A stretch of 64,000 bases of DNA from Lingula anatina (taxonomy: Eukaryota; Animalia; Brachiopoda). Position 1 is the first letter of the stretch, and every line of letters starts with the position of its first letter. Below are positions 63,928 to 64,000 of the stretch, in pieces. Made by a program: the position numbers and the translations under genes. Below the pieces are notes generated by a model, which saw nothing but the letters and a program-made list of their open reading frames with translations, had not been told where the DNA came from and searched no databases. The DNA lies in the NCBI GenBank assembly GCA_051362555.1, contig CM120641.1:41856401-41920400 (forward strand). Direction: 5' to 3'.

Positions 63928-64000
63928 CTGAAAGATACAGGTGTATTACAGGTCAAGCAGTGTGGAATTTTTGGAAGTTTATCGTTTTAGCACTATTGTA

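Overview
AT-rich eukaryotic (invertebrate animal, plausibly lophotrochozoan; taxon is inference) genomic DNA with spliced genes, so the ORF track is mostly noise. Reconstructed by hand from splice sites and reading frames: (1) the 5' part of a minus-strand Cys-less pentameric ligand-gated ion channel gene running off the left edge, with what looks like an ~18 kb array of alternative ATG-bearing, phase-0 first exons; (2) an intronless MAPEG/TMEM79-like membrane protein; (3) a ~907-aa secreted protein with 4x43-aa His/Lys/Arg-rich repeats, a mucin-like Thr/Pro stalk and a C-terminal TSP1 domain, behind a TATA box and a CRE cluster; (4) a minus-strand single-C2H2 protein with repeated VxLxR[LI] motifs; (5) head-to-head with it, a complete 19-exon, 955-aa type II membrane M1 aminopeptidase (GAMEN, HELAH..E) with an alternative first exon and two unusual splice acceptors; (6) the last exon of a TILa/VWC-like cysteine-rich gene entering from the right edge. 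Also a 3.9-kb Helentron/DINE-1-type element carrying a ~161-bp satellite, several MITEs and many microsatellites. No rRNA, tRNA or CRISPR array seen. All models are unaided manual predictions.
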